Of a stretch of DNA of 41,317 nucleotides, positions 10,991 to 23,792 are shown piece after piece (the stretch's first letter is position 1; each line of letters starts with the position of its first letter). The notes below the pieces were generated by a model. It saw nothing but the letters and a program-made list of their open reading frames with translations. It made no database searches and was not told the DNA's origin. This DNA comes from Octopus bimaculoides (Eukaryota): positions 93,530,305-93,571,621 of the forward strand of contig NC_068989.1 of NCBI RefSeq assembly GCF_001194135.2. The letters are read 5' to 3'. A program made the position numbers and the translations under genes.

Positions 10991-13900
10991 CTGTAATTAA
11001 GAAGAACAAGAAGAACAATATTAAAGACGAGTCATCATATTTGAATATTCAATAAATAAATAAATCAAATTTATTTTTAATCATTAATATCTATAGTAAG
11101 GTGTCAAGCGCCGGACAAAATGCTTAGCAGTATTTCGTCCGTCTTTACATTCTGTGTTCACCTACCACCGAGGTCGATTTTGCCTTTCACGTTTTGGAGA
11201 TCGATAAAACAAGTACCATTTCAGCAATGGGGTCATTCTAATCGACTTACTCTAAACTCGCTGGCCTTGTGTCAAACTTTCAAACTAATATCTATGGTAA
11301 GTACTGTCTCGTGTGTTCGCATTCATAGGGTCCGTGAACCGGTTTCCGTGGTTGGGAAGTGATCGAGAGCACAACATCGGCCCACCCCGCGTGGCGGAAC
11401 GCCAGTCCATCCCAGGGTTACTACACTTACAGTTGAGTTGATTGGAGCAACGTGAAATAAATCGTGTTGTTCAATAACGAAACGCCTGGACCGGGAATCG
11501 AAACCAAGATCTTGCGAGTGACATCTTAACCATCTTAACCACGGACCTTCTTAATAATATCTATATATTTCTAAACAATATATAGATATCGAAGAAATTA
11601 ATGCAATGGATCTTCGTCGGTTTCGGCATTGAGCTGTCAATTAATCAATGAAATTGCTCTTTCGTTGTATTAACGTGAGAAGTGGTTCAATACACCACAG
11701 ACACGTATGCTCTTAAATTATTCTTCCGGCAGATTCTACATGATAATGCATGTGGCAGGGTTGGGCATTTGAATTACAGTTGCAACCTACCTTTGAACGT
11801 GCTTCCGCACAGTGTCTAGCAATCCGGTTTCACCCATGATTATTGATCGACTCAAGGCTTTAGTAAAAAGGAGGCCTCAAATACAAGACAATGAGCTTGG
11901 TTTGAACACGAGATGTTGTGATTATAAAGCAAACTTCTAAGCTATACTATGAAATAGCTGAAAGTTAAAAAAAAAAAAAGTGAAAAAGATTTCTCACACA
12001 CTACAGCGTGGGCTAGAACACGAGATCTCGTGATTATAAAACAAACTTCGAAGCCATCAAGTTATACTAAGCAAGAAGGAAACGATTTGCGGGCTTCGTT
12101 CACCGCTGATGACGCCGCTTCTACTTGCTCGTTGCTCGGCTGAGGCTGAGGCTGCACTGTTAGAGGGCCGACGAGTGCGAGGGGGCCCGGCCGCGGCTTA
12201 CGAAACCGGCTGGATGGCGCCGGAAAGGCGAGGAGGAGGCGACGACGACGGCGATGTTGGCCGGCCGACGCCAGGAAGGAAGACGAGAGAGATATTGATG
12301 TTCGTGGAGCCGCAAAGCGTGCAGCACCGTCGGCCTAGCGCACTGTATTCGGGCGGACGCAGGCTGGGTGAAAACTGAAAGAATCGCTTGTAGAATGTAT
12401 ATTCTCACAAATTGTTGGAGTTAAGTCATAAGAATTGTGAAGATATGACAGGTTCATAGGTTTTTACACTGATTAACGAAAAATGTTCACAGAAACGATA
12501 TTTATTATATTTCATTCAATTCAAATGTTTCTCTATAAAATACTATAATTGCTGGCTGGGGATTACTTCCGCAACATTCATACATGAATGAGACATTCTG
12601 GCACAGCCGTTTTGGCAACACCTATATGGCATCGCTAATTCGACGATGTCTTATTTGACAACCAGCGTTTAAACGTTTCCATTGTTCTCTCCCTCTCTGT
12701 CTGTCTGTCAGTCTGTCATTTAAGAAACACCGACTTATACCAGGGACTACCAAAATTAACATTGAAGATACAGCATAGAAGGATGAGGCTAGCTGAACAC
12801 TACATCAGACGACATACCGATGAAATTGCGAACGAGCTAGTGCTCTGTCAACCAAGGGAAGGAAGAACCAGGAGAAGAATGAGGAAGACGACCTATATCG
12901 ATAACTTGCAGGAGGATTCTGGTATGGAAGGGGTCCAGGAACTGAGGACAATTATGGAAGATCGAGATGAGGAAAACGTGTGGAAACAATCTTGGGGCGT
13001 CCTATGGGACGACCTAGATGAGATGAGAGATGCTTCTCCCTCTCTCTCCCTTTTTGCCCGTATACATTTCTTTCTGCACACGCGTGTTAACATCCAGTAT
13101 AGAAAAGTGCTGCTGCACAAACATGCTGAATATCTAGTCGGCCAGACCAGATCGTCAACGACAACAAAACAGCTGCGACCGAAGTCTCATTTTTTCCTTA
13201 ACACATACTTCATATGTATATATGTTATCACAACTGTTGTAACTTAGTATATTCTGAAATATGGATAAGAAAAATGTTATATATTTACCTATCAGATATC
13301 CAACTGCTAAAATGCCAATTCCAATTGCTGTTTCTTCGAATCCCATACTTATCGAAAAGTATTCAATTTCGAAGTAATCCATAACAGTTACAAGATTTGT
13401 AGAGAATATGAGGCCACTTGTGAACATCACAGCAAATGTAAGCGAAGTCAAATACATTGCAGTGGACAACGAAGGATAAACACAGATCAGTAATCCGCTC
13501 ATGGTGGCTGCCGTACTAAATATAATCCTGCTTGGGACAATGTTTTTATGTATCAACCAACTACTGACGAAACAAGCCAAGATATACCCAAACGATCCCA
13601 CTGAAAATATACGTGCACTTTCTGCTTGACTCAGCCCCTGTTGTACGCAATAATCCGGTAAGATAGATACTGCTGTTATAACACCTCCGTACGTTATAAC
13701 AATTGCGAAAAGAAATACAAGGAAATTGAAATTTGTTAAAACTGTTATAAGTCTTTCAGAAAATTTCAAATCAGATTTTTCTTCCGTTTGAACCTTTTCA
13801 CTTTGAACATCAATCTCCTCATCCTCAGATTTTATAGAATTTATAGCTGTCTCTTCGATACCCAGAGAATCTTCTTTGTCAGGCTGTGTATTATTTATAA

Positions 13901-16900
13901 CAAATGGTTCGTTGTCATATTTTAAGGCCTTAATAGCAGACCCATTTAAATTGATGTCTTCGTTATGATTCAAAGATGTATTATTCTCTTCAAATATTTC
14001 CAGTTTGTTCGATATCGTTTCATCATGAACGTCACCAATATTTTGAAATTGTTCCTCAGAATCGTTTGAATGCGACTTATATAAATCTTTCTGCACGTTA
14101 CTTTCGCTTACTGCCAAATTTTCTCTCCTCGTGTTTTTATACATATCCGTAGAATACATGAGAGCACATGGCAGAGTGTGTATGAAAGTAGCGGCCAGGA
14201 GAAGAAGACTTCCGCGCCAGAACATGAGTTCAATGAAGTAATTGGTAAGGACTGGGAAAATTATAAATCCAAGAGATTTTCCCACCGTAGCAAATGCAAT
14301 AAATTTACGACTATCTTCGCCGAAATAAGCTGCTAATCCATTATTTGCTGATACATTAAGAGAAGCACAACCAATACCTGTTACAAGAGAAGATATAAGA
14401 ACAAAGAATAATTAAGAAGTAGTTACTAAGTTAATCAAGGACATTTCTGAATAATTAACGAAGAGATTGTTGTTATTTTATTATTATCTTTTATTTCTCT
14501 GATTAGTGGCCTTACATCCATATTGAAAATTAGCTCATAACATTTACACTAGAATTAAACTTTGCTTCGTATTCGGTTTGCAAGATTCTAAATGTGGATT
14601 CGTGTGTTGAAATAAATCTTGAGTCTTGGTAGAGTCATTACGCCAATAATAACAACTCACGCACTGGTCCAATATCATTTATTTATTGTTAGTGCATTGG
14701 TTAAGTATTTTACCAGTTAACTAATCGATTGATTGTTTAATGTGCTGGTTAAACAATCAATCGGTTGTTTGTTAATGAAATTTCTTTCGTCGCTGTTCGC
14801 AACAACCTTCTCAGCGACTTACGTCTCTGTCGAAAGTCTGCTAAGAGATATCGAACCAGTGCGTGTGTTATTAACATTGACATACTAAATCCAACCAAGA
14901 CACTGGAATTAAAGTTCATAAAAATAGTACCATATAATTATAAAGAGACTGCAAACCTTCATTCAGTTTCATTTTGAAAGTATAATACTTTCTTCACGTC
15001 ATCAATAGTTTTGGTAAATATATAAACATTACTTCATGTAACTTTTAACATAAACATCACACTTTTAATCAATGAGTAAGCAGCTCTATTTTCTCATCTT
15101 TTAGTACCACTGGAAGATGGTAATCATGATTGTCTAGGACGCCTGCGAGAGTGGTGGTAGGGATGAAGTAAGATAACCTCATACCGGACACGTGGATTGG
15201 ACTCTTGCAAACAAAGTGAACCCTACCAAAGCCTCCAATGTACCACAAGGTGATCAGCGCCGGATTAAGGTCTAGAGAAGGCCTAAGTACTTAAAAGATT
15301 TTGCTGCCCTTNNNNNNNNNNGTGAAATTTAAAATACAAAAAATAATAAACCATAAAACAAGTTTTTACACTTCAAAATGAAACAGAACAAGTAGTGAGA
15401 TGGAAAACAAGTCTTATTTTTTATACTAACACTTTATTTGCATTTGAAACGTTTTCGCCTACTTATTTTTTGTAATTGCAAAGAATATGTTCACATGCAT
15501 AAAAGTTCGTCTTACCTAAAATGTCTGCTTCCATATTTAGTAGAGATAAATCATCACAAATATTATGTTAGCAAGTTTAAAGTGATTTCTATTATACCGT
15601 AAACTATTTACCATTTCTATAGTGACATCCCTTGATGATCTAACCATGTATTTATCTTGATTAATGGTTAATCTAGTTCAGATGGTGATGTTAAACTAGT
15701 GAACGAAATAAGCATATTACTCAATTAAGTCAGTGCGATTTGAACTTGAACTCCAAAGAGCTGAAATAAATACCACAAGAGATTCTGTCAGACACTCTTA
15801 CACTTCTACCTCTCCACTATTCTGGACAAAGTACTTTTGGAGATGTTGACCTCATCAATGACTTCAGCTTGGTCAAATTATAAAGACTTCTTTTCTCTCC
15901 GAAGCCCATAAAAATACATAAAATGAAGATTTATGATCTGCGCTCTTTCGATAATGGAGTTTCAGAAAACGATAAGTGACATTTGAATTCATTATCATAT
16001 CTCTGATTAACGTTGAACGTTTTACGATATGCATAGAAAGCAAGAAAACACACCTACCTACATGCATATGTATGTCTATGTATATATATATATACAGATG
16101 CGTGCAACATTTGTTCGTGAATGTTTTACTAAATTACTGGGCAACACAAACCTGGTAAAAGACTGAAACATCCCAATAAAACATAAATACTCGAAGAAAA
16201 CGATGGAGCGCCAATAGAAAGTGTAAGACATAAGCTTCCCACAATGCCAGTGGTTCTTACGCCAAATTTAGTGAGAAAAATTCCAATCACGAAACCTAAG
16301 AACGAAAAAAGAAGAGAATAGTCTTTTAATGATTTACTGGGATTCAGTTCATTAATGAGTTAAAATATGGTTAATGACCTTTTAATTACCAATAACTAAA
16401 AAACAACGGATCTATGATGGAATTTAGGACAGAATTTCTGACAATATTTAATTGTTCAATGAACGTAGTTGGTACAAAAACTCGAAGGATTCGGTACAAT
16501 TTTTGTCAACTCATTTCCACTCGAAAGCTTTGGGTCAACTCAGCCTTATAAATGTATGTATGAGTGTGTGTACGTATGTATGTTTGTATGTATGTATGTA
16601 TGTATGTATGTATGTATGTATGTATGTATGTATGTATGAGTGTGTGTATATATGTATGCATGCATGTATGTATGAACGTATGTATGTATGTATGTATGTA
16701 TGTATGTATGTATGTATGCATTATGTTAATGTGTGTGCATGTATGTATGTACGTATGTATGTGTGCATATACGTGATGTTCTTCTTTCAGTTTCCGGCTG
16801 TCAAAGCATTTGTTAGCCCGGTGTTATTTTAGAAGTCAATCTCCCAAGTGTGCCACGCAGTGCCATAGAACCTGGAGCCATGTGGTTGCATTGCGAGCTT

Positions 16901-17670
16901 CTTACCACACAGCCACTCCTGCGCCTAGATTGCTACATTATCTTTTTTTCATATCTGTGTATTTTAAGAAGCTCAGCTTGAGCCGTTCTCCAAGTTGTCT
17001 GGATGCAACAATTTTGAATGAGTCAAAGTTCTCAATCTGTTTGATGTTTGTCAGTTACTCTCTAAAGTAATTATCCCAAAAATGTAAGGAATTCATATAA
17101 TTGTACATGTTTTGAATATTAAACAAACTGGAATATGANNNNNNNNNNNNNNNNNNNNNNNNNNNNNNNNNNNNNNNNNNNNNNNNNNNNNNNNNNNNNN
17201 NNNNNNNNNNNNNNNNNNNGGTAAAAATACTATCAAAAGTACAAGATCGTGTAAGTCCGGAAAAACCTTCTTGAATTCTACGAGGTAAATTGGTAGAACA
17301 GCAGTGAAACCAAATACTAATATGTTGGTAACAAAAACGGAAAAGACTACTAAAGCAGCGACGATGGTCTCTGGCACGGATCGTTTCTTGGTTCTACTGG
17401 AAAGACAAAGAATGAAATCTTTATTTAGTATAATATGGAAACTGTCAGAGATACAGTATAGAGTAGCGGGATGAGAGAGGGGTCAGAGTAAAAGCATTTA
17501 CTTGTTTTAGTCATGCTAGACTGCCACCTTGAAGAATCGATCCCACTAGTTTTCCTTCTTTTTAGGTTTGGTACTTTTTCTATCGGTCACTTTTATCAAA
17601 CCGCTAAATTATGAGTGTGTAAGCGCAACAACAACGGTCTTCAAGCGGTGGTGGGGACAAACAGAGATCA

Positions 17671-17749
<79 letters not shown>

Positions 17750-20736
17750 ATACACACACACACACACATACACACACACACACATATATACTGCGGGCTT
17801 CTTTCGGTTTCCATTTACCACGTTCATTCACAAGACTTTGGTCGACCCGAGGCTATATTAATTTATACCTGCGTATGGTGTCATGCGGTGGGACTGAACT
17901 TGGAACAATTTGGTTGGAAACAAAAGGCTTATCCCACAGCCACACCTGCGCCTGTATTGAGGGTGTAGAAATAATTATTTTCGGTATATTTTCTGGTTGT
18001 ATGCATTCTGTGTTCAAATCCAGCTCAGATGAACTCGGTCAATAAGTAAGTGTACCAATCAAGTACTGGAATCGATATAATCGACTAACCCCCACCCTCG
18101 CCCCTTAAGTTTGCTGCCATTGAACTTAAACTAGAAACTGTGCCTAGAGTTGAAATCTTACCGAGCTTAACTTTGCCTCTGTTTTCTAAGATTAGCTCAG
18201 TCCGAGTTTCAAATCTATCCTGGTTTAATTTATTTTCTTTATTGTTAGGTAATCGGTTATTGAGTTTATTAAAACAGTATAGATTGATTATTTTGGAGAT
18301 AATTAATTGTAATAAGAACATATTTTTGTAGGAAGAAAAGAAAGGAAAAACATTAAAACTATAAAATATCAAATTATCACGAATCAAACTTATTAATACT
18401 TCACCAAGGAGAAAAAATGGTGGGGTGAATTAAGTAACAAATAATAGAGGTGGAGATAGTGACAATTTGTGCACCTTAGACCAAATGATGCGTTCAGCCA
18501 CACCTCGTAGGCATGATTGCAATGGCATTGCCACGTAAAATGGCCAGCGACACTCACTGCAACAACCATCCCACCACATAGGGCTCGTTTCACATTTTAT
18601 ATACTTGAGCTCTGATATTCACATGCTCGTGAGGTCATCTTTGCCTTGTAATCAATCGAGTTGCGAAAGGCAAAATACATTCATTTGATGTAAATTGTGT
18701 TTTTGCATAATTTACATCGTGCAACTTCCGAAAACAGCTTTCAAACCATTAACATCTCGATTATGTTATTCATGAAATTTACCGTTATCTTATCAACGAG
18801 GTATTTATAGCCATTTGTGACTATAAACGAGATTTTGGCTGCTTCGGTATCATATTACTACCTTCCACTTAATGCCAATCACCACGGCTTTTATAATCCT
18901 AGACATTGTCTGTACGTAGGCTTTATGTAACATCTCCACACTCGAAACAGATTCATACCCTCCTCGTTTATTTGTTAATTGTATGTCATGACGTCGTACC
19001 TCACTTGTATTATTAATGTAAACCCCTAAAATGTTGTGCCTAAAGTAGAAAGAATGAAGGTGGAGAATTGGCAAAATCATTAGANNNNNNNNNNNNNNNN
19101 NNNNNNNNNNNNNNNNNNNNNNNNNNNNNNNNNNNNNNNNNNNNNNNNNNNNNNNNNNNNNNNNNNNNNNNNNNNNNNNNNNNNNNNNNNNNNNNNNNNN
19201 NNNNNNNNNNNNNNNNNNNNNNNNNNNNNNNNNNNNNNNNNNNNNNNNNNNNNNNNNNNNNNNNNNNNNNNNNNNNNNNNNNNNNNNNNNNNNNNNNNNN
19301 NNNNNNNNNNNNNNNNNNNNNNNNNNNNNNNNNNNNNNNNNNNNNNNNNNNNNNNNNNNNNNNNNNNNNNNNNNNNNNNNNNNNNNNNNNNNNNNNNNNN
19401 NNNNNNNNNNNNNNNNNNNNNNNNNNNNNNNNNNNNNNNNNNNNNNNNNNNNNNNNNNNNNNNNNNNNNNNNNNNNNNNNNNNNNNNNNNNNNNNNNNNN
19501 NNNNNNNNNNNNNNNNNNNNNNNNNNNNNNNNNNNNNNNNNNNNNNNNNNNNNNNNNNNNNNNNNNNNNNNNNNNNNNNNNNNNNNNNNNNNNNNNNNNN
19601 NNNNNNNNNNNNNNNNNNNNNNNNNNNNNNNNNNNNNNNNNNNNNNNNNNNNNNNNNNNNNNNNNNNNNNNNNNNNNNNNNNNNNNNNNNNNNNNNNNNN
19701 NNNNNNNNNNNNNNNNNNNNNNNNNNNNNNNNNNNNNNNNNNNNNNNNNNNNNNNNNNNNNNNNNNNNNNNNNNNNNNNNNNNNNNNNNNNNNNNNNNNN
19801 NNNNNNNNNNNNNNNNNNNNNNNNNNNNNNNNNNNNNNNNNNNNNNNNNNNNNNNNNNNNNNNNNNNNNNNNNNNNNNNNNNNNNNNNNNNNNNNNNNNN
19901 NNNNNNNNNNNNNNNNNNNNNNNNNNNNNNNNNNNNNNNNNNNNNNNNNNNNNNNNNNNNNNNNNNNNNNNNNNNNNNNNNAAAGAAGAGAGCAACACGG
20001 AATGGAGAAGTTTAAACAAAAATTGGATAAGTTTAGAACTTAAAATGAAAGGAGAAAGCAATGACGTTTCAGACGTTAGTCTTTCACAGGAAAAAAAACA
20101 ATAAGTAAAGAAGGAACTTGATTCAGAAAAAAATGATGGAAGGGGGAGAGAGAGAAAAGGTGTGATAAGGGGCAGGTGTGAAGGTGGTCGTTTAGGAAAG
20201 GAATTATATTGGTCATGTAACGCCTTATAAATATTGTATTCCGGACATTTTGTTCCTTCCTGTCTCTCTCACTCTTTCGGACGATGAGTTATACTCGAAA
20301 CATCGTTTCCGCTCTTATTTATTCTATCTAAGACTTTCACTAAACGTCAATCTAATGTCCTCACTGTGTACGTCTAATCGACTTTGCTGGGGGTAGAAGT
20401 GGTGTTGGTGGTAGTAGTAGTAGTAGTAGTACAACATCAGCAACAACAACAGCGCCAGCGAGCCAATTCAGGTGTCACCATGCGGTCTCCCTCGCTGCTA
20501 GATACAGCAGCTATATCTATATCAATAACCATTTTTTAAAGACCGAATAGGACATAATTTTAGTGTTTTAGTCCCGTGTATAGCTACAACAACAACAACA
20601 ATAATGACAATAAAAGCAACAAAGACTATGTCAACAACAGCAACAACATAACACCAACAGCAGCAGCAGTAACCCTGACTATTTCTACTATAATAGGTAA
20701 AATACAACCAAACCGTGTGTTTTCTGCGACATCCAT
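10827..20736 (-). CDS. Gene A: SLC16/monocarboxylate transporter-like MFS protein, 5 coding exons, ~539 aa
   Basis: join(20736-20714, 17396-~17197, 16295-16152, 14377-13289, 10990-10827). 23+200+144+1089+164 = 1620 nt, taking the gap-hidden exon 2 end from gene B. All visible junctions are GT-AG with compatible phases. 12-TM MFS layout with a large TM6-7 loop and SLC16-like segments (LAAYFG, WRGSLLL, ILPDYC, SFYMIG). Confidence 0.85.
11098..11290 (+). mobile_element. SINE family 2 in gene A intron 4
   Basis: AAATGCTTAGCAGTATTTCGTCCG...CCGAGGTCGATTTTGCCTTTCA...CTGGCCTTGTGTCAAA; shared with gene B (33116-33235), so it predates the duplication. Confidence 0.8.
11298..11548 (-). mobile_element. 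tRNA-derived SINE, family 3
   Basis: Reverse complement of 32860-33115; tRNA-like head followed by CTGTAAGTG, GATGGACTGGCGTTCC and ACGGAAACCGG blocks. Confidence 0.75.
12735..13030 (+). mobile_element. RTE-clade LINE 3' end in gene A intron 4
   Basis: LYQGLPKLTLKIQHRRMRLAEHYIRRH...GRTRRRMRKTTYIDNLQEDSG...ELRTIMEDR resembles the RTE C-terminus (RRLRLAGH...GRxxxTY); absent from the equivalent introns of B and C. Confidence 0.7.
13289..14377 (-). CDS. Gene A exon 4 (TM4-TM11 and central loop)
   Basis: Acceptor TCTCTTGTAACAG, donor ATAG/GTAAAT, 1089 nt, phase 1/1, open throughout. Confidence 0.93.
16152..16295 (-). CDS. Gene A exon 3 (GFVIGIFLTKFGVRTTGIVGSLCLTLSIGAPSFSSSIYVLLGCFSLLP)
   Basis: Acceptor TTTTTTCGTTCTTAG, donor CAG/GTTTGT, 144 nt; nearly identical to 27357-27500. 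Confidence 0.9.
16553..16770. repeat. (TATG)n tetranucleotide microsatellite
   Basis: Direct read. Confidence 0.9.
16790..16926 (-). mobile_element. SINE family 1, 5' part
   Basis: Minus strand: AGGCGCAGGAGTGGCTGTGTGGTAAGAAGC...CCACATGG...GTGGCACACTTGGG. Confidence 0.75.
17197..17396 (-). CDS. Gene A exon 2 (TM1-TM2); last ~23 nt hidden in N gap
   Basis: Acceptor TCTTTCCAG; RTKKRSVPETIVAALVVFSVFVTNILVFGFTAVLPIYLVEFKKVF...; lower boundary inferred from gene B exon length. Confidence 0.85.
17495..17952 (-). mobile_element. SINE family 1, full length with internal (TG)n
   Basis: Head CGCAGGTGTGGCTGTG, TATAGCCTCGGGTCGACCAAAG, GAAAGAAGCCCG, microsatellite and 3' half. Confidence 0.8.
17985..18137 (+). 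mobile_element. SINE family 2, diverged
   Basis: TTCTGTGTTCAAATCC...GTACTGGAATCGATATAATCGACTAACCCC. Confidence 0.6.
20714..20736 (-). CDS. Gene A exon 1 coding part (MDVAENTR)
   Basis: AGA-ATG-G Kozak context; 23 nt then GTTTGG donor, giving the phase 2 required by exon 2; identical in gene B. Confidence 0.7.
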
Positions 20737-21299
20737 TCTTCAATTCTTCCCTCACGTAATCTTCCAGTTCTTTGTATTCCAGTTCTGTTGAAGTTTATCT
20801 TTACTTCAAACCCAATTATCTGCGCTTTGAAATTTCTCACAATATTTGAATAAAACGAAACGTGACGGTAATATCTGTGAGGAGATTCATGCTTGTGTGT
20901 GTATGTGTGTAGTGGGTGTGTGTGTTTGTGTGTGCGTGCGTGTGTTTGTGTGAATGCATTCATGCAAAGAGGCATGAATGCATATATGTGTCTGTATACA
21001 TACACAGATTTATGAAAGTATACTTACGTATATGTATACATAACTCTCTCTATATATATATATCTATATACAAGCATATACACATGTATATGCATATGTA
21101 TGTATGTGTGTGTGCGTGCATCTGTGAGTGTATGTACGTATGCATTTATGAATGTGTGCATGTGTGTTAATGAGTTGCACAAACTCCTAATTATGTTTCT
21201 GTCCACGAAATTGATAACACGATATCAGCAGAACCGAGAAAAGCAAAGATATTCTGACTTTTGATTCAAAGTAGTTTGAGTTATTCCGAGGAGGAGCTA

Positions 21300-22480
21300 C
21301 TGAAGGCTGCGATTGGAGGAGAAAAGAAATTTGGCGACAGCGGACAAAAGCCATAGCAACGAAATTGAATTATCGGAACTAAGCAAATATAAGAATATGC
21401 TTCGTAGGGAAGCGTGCGATTTAAAGGTGTCCCCTCCTCAAGAAGTTTTACTAGCAACCAAGGAGAGAACTATCATATACAGTTCATGATCTGTAAATAC
21501 AAAGAAAATGGAAATCATGTCGACCGTGCAGATCGAAAAAGCTTAAAAAGCAATCTGGCAAGGGATTACTTACCTTGCCTGAGGAAGGAAGTTTGGAAGG
21601 GTGGAGGTGAGGTCTCGTGAGGTAACTACTACCAGGCTACAATCGGCAGCACCATTAAAGACGGAAGAAGTGGTACTTCTACCCATACACCTCGGGAGGC
21701 GTGCTTCCAGGGTTAGGGTAGAAGATACGCCCATCCCGTAGACTGGTATAGCCTGGCTAGCAGTTGCCATATTACTGGGCAACGAGGAAAAGATAGTGGT
21801 CCTCCAAGTCACAAGAACGGTAGATACGGACTAGGAAGTTCAGAGCCTGGACATGATAGTCCAGGCGGCCTCGGAATACCTCGAAAGGATAGCGGGGACC
21901 ATCACCATAGAAGATATGACACACAGGATCAGATTGGAAGGCAGGACACCGCAATGCTCGAGCGGACTGTCCTCGGCCGCCCGTAAATACCAAAGAAAAG
22001 CCCGGAGGAAGCAGCTGGCAGGGAGGAAGCAGGGAGGAAGCCGTACCCTCAGTGCTGGCGAAAGACAATAACAAGCGCCGAGAAAGAGGAAGAGGTGAAC
22101 AACAAAGGGAATCCCATAGCCACCCGACCCCCACCCGCACCCACAGTGCCCCAGTCTCCCCCGTACAGACACCAACCCTCGCCACACCCCACTGACACAA
22201 AGACTCACAGAGGTACTGAGCGCCCTAAAACCCCCCTCCCCTGCTCGTCATAGAAAATACGTTGTAATATATGACGGAACAAATAGAGAAGTTTACGATG
22301 AGATAGAGACATGGGACAATATTCCGGATTACCATGGCGACACCATTGTGTGGTGGCAAACTCGGAACATATATCAAGAATAAAAGACTACGATAAGGAC
22401 TATGAATAGTGGGAGAAGAAAATTGGCACCAGCCAATTCCCAAAGTGGAAAAATTATCGTGATCTTCGCAATGATTATAA
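21300..22480 (+). mobile_element. Decayed non-LTR retrotransposon ORF1-like region (L1/Tx1-like)
   Basis: GC-rich; one frame from ~21397 to 22071 reads as protein with about five scattered stops (...VVLLPIHLGRRASRVRV...RIRLEGRTPQC), the end resembling the approach to an ORF1 zinc knuckle. Clade assignment is inference. Confidence 0.5.
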
Positions 22481-23308
22481 TATAGACATTCTTCAGAAGG
22501 ATGAATATAAATTGTGTTTTAAAGTCATATTAATAGGTTAAATGAAATCGGTCGGAGGTGGAGCCAAACGGCTCCGTTTCATTTTTCATTTTCATCCATT
22601 ATTTTATCCATCCCTTACATTCGTTCTTTTTTTTTTGTCCCCACCTTGTATTGCCTCCTCTATGTTGACCCCTTGTGAAGCGTTGGTAACAATGATGACA
22701 ATAATAACAGCAACAACTACCACGATGGCAACACCGTGGGCGAACACAAAAACAAAGAGAGATACAGGAACTATACCAAGTTTTCGGGTTTTAGGACAGT
22801 AGCACCAAAGAATTGTGCTGAGGGGAAGGCGATACTGCTGCTATGAACAGTGACACATGCACAGGCATACACACACATGGACATACATGCTCTCACACAC
22901 ACACGCACATAGACGCATGCGCACATAGACGCATGCGCACATAAGAATACACATCTTAGAAGAACAGAATGGAGTAAGTGGAACAAGAGCACACACGAAA
23001 AAGAAAATGAGACTGAAGAGGTCACAGATGTGTGACGAAGGATTTCAGGACAATGGACATGAGGTAAAAGAAAATAAAAAATAAGAACAGTAATAAACGA
23101 GTGAAGAACAAATATATAGTGTGTGTTTATTTGGCAAATAAACACACAAGCACACACACACTCACATATCTGTAGATATAGATAGATATTTAGATAGATA
23201 GATAGATAGATAGATACATACATACATACATACATACATACATACATACATACATACATACATACATACATACATACATACGTCAAGGTGTCACGCGCAA
23301 GGAATAAT

Positions 23309-23450
23309 CCTTTCTACTAAAGACACAAAGTCTGAAATTTTGTGGGGAGGGGGAAAGTCAATTGCATAGAATCCAGTGTATCACTGGTACTTAATTCATC
23401 GACCCCGAAAGGATGAAAGGCAAAGTCGACCTCGGTCGAATTTGAACTCA
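23309..23450 (-). mobile_element. 5'-truncated SINE family 2 with 16-bp target-site duplication
   Basis: Flanked by direct ACGCGCAAGGAATAAT at 23293-23308 and 23451-23466. Confidence 0.8.
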
Positions 23451-23792
23451 ACGCGCAAGGAATAATGCCTAACGACGTTACCTCACAGCCACATACGAAC
23501 ATATGTATATGTCTATGACTGTCTCTTTCACCTTAACATTCGTCGTTGGTTTGTTTTCGTTTCTGCAACCTAAACACTTTTTCGAAAATATTGAAGGTAT
23601 CTTGAAAACTAAATACAACTCGTCCCAACACTGTGTGTTTGTGCAAATTATAAATTACATTAATGGGGTGAAAGTATTTGTCTAACTGAACAGATTTCAA
23701 ATAAGGACATTCGGCAGTTACTTTCAGATGGATTATTTATAAAAAGGAAATAACTCAACCTAGTTTAAATCAAAAGTCAGCATATCTTTACG

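Larger units (their letters stand above)
10815..21288 (-). repeat. Left arm of a large inverted segmental duplication (partner 23747-33672)
   Basis: Exons plus non-coding blocks match in reverse order: 11300-12060 vs 32150-33115, 15110-15310 vs 29530-29760, 19982-20110 vs 24870-25010, 20630-20890 vs 24160-24420, 21160-21288 vs 23747-23870. Confidence 0.9.

Noticed and set aside
12762-13247. 161-aa plus-strand ORF as a host gene
   Set aside because: 5' half is an RTE remnant and 3' half is antisense intron sequence of gene A.
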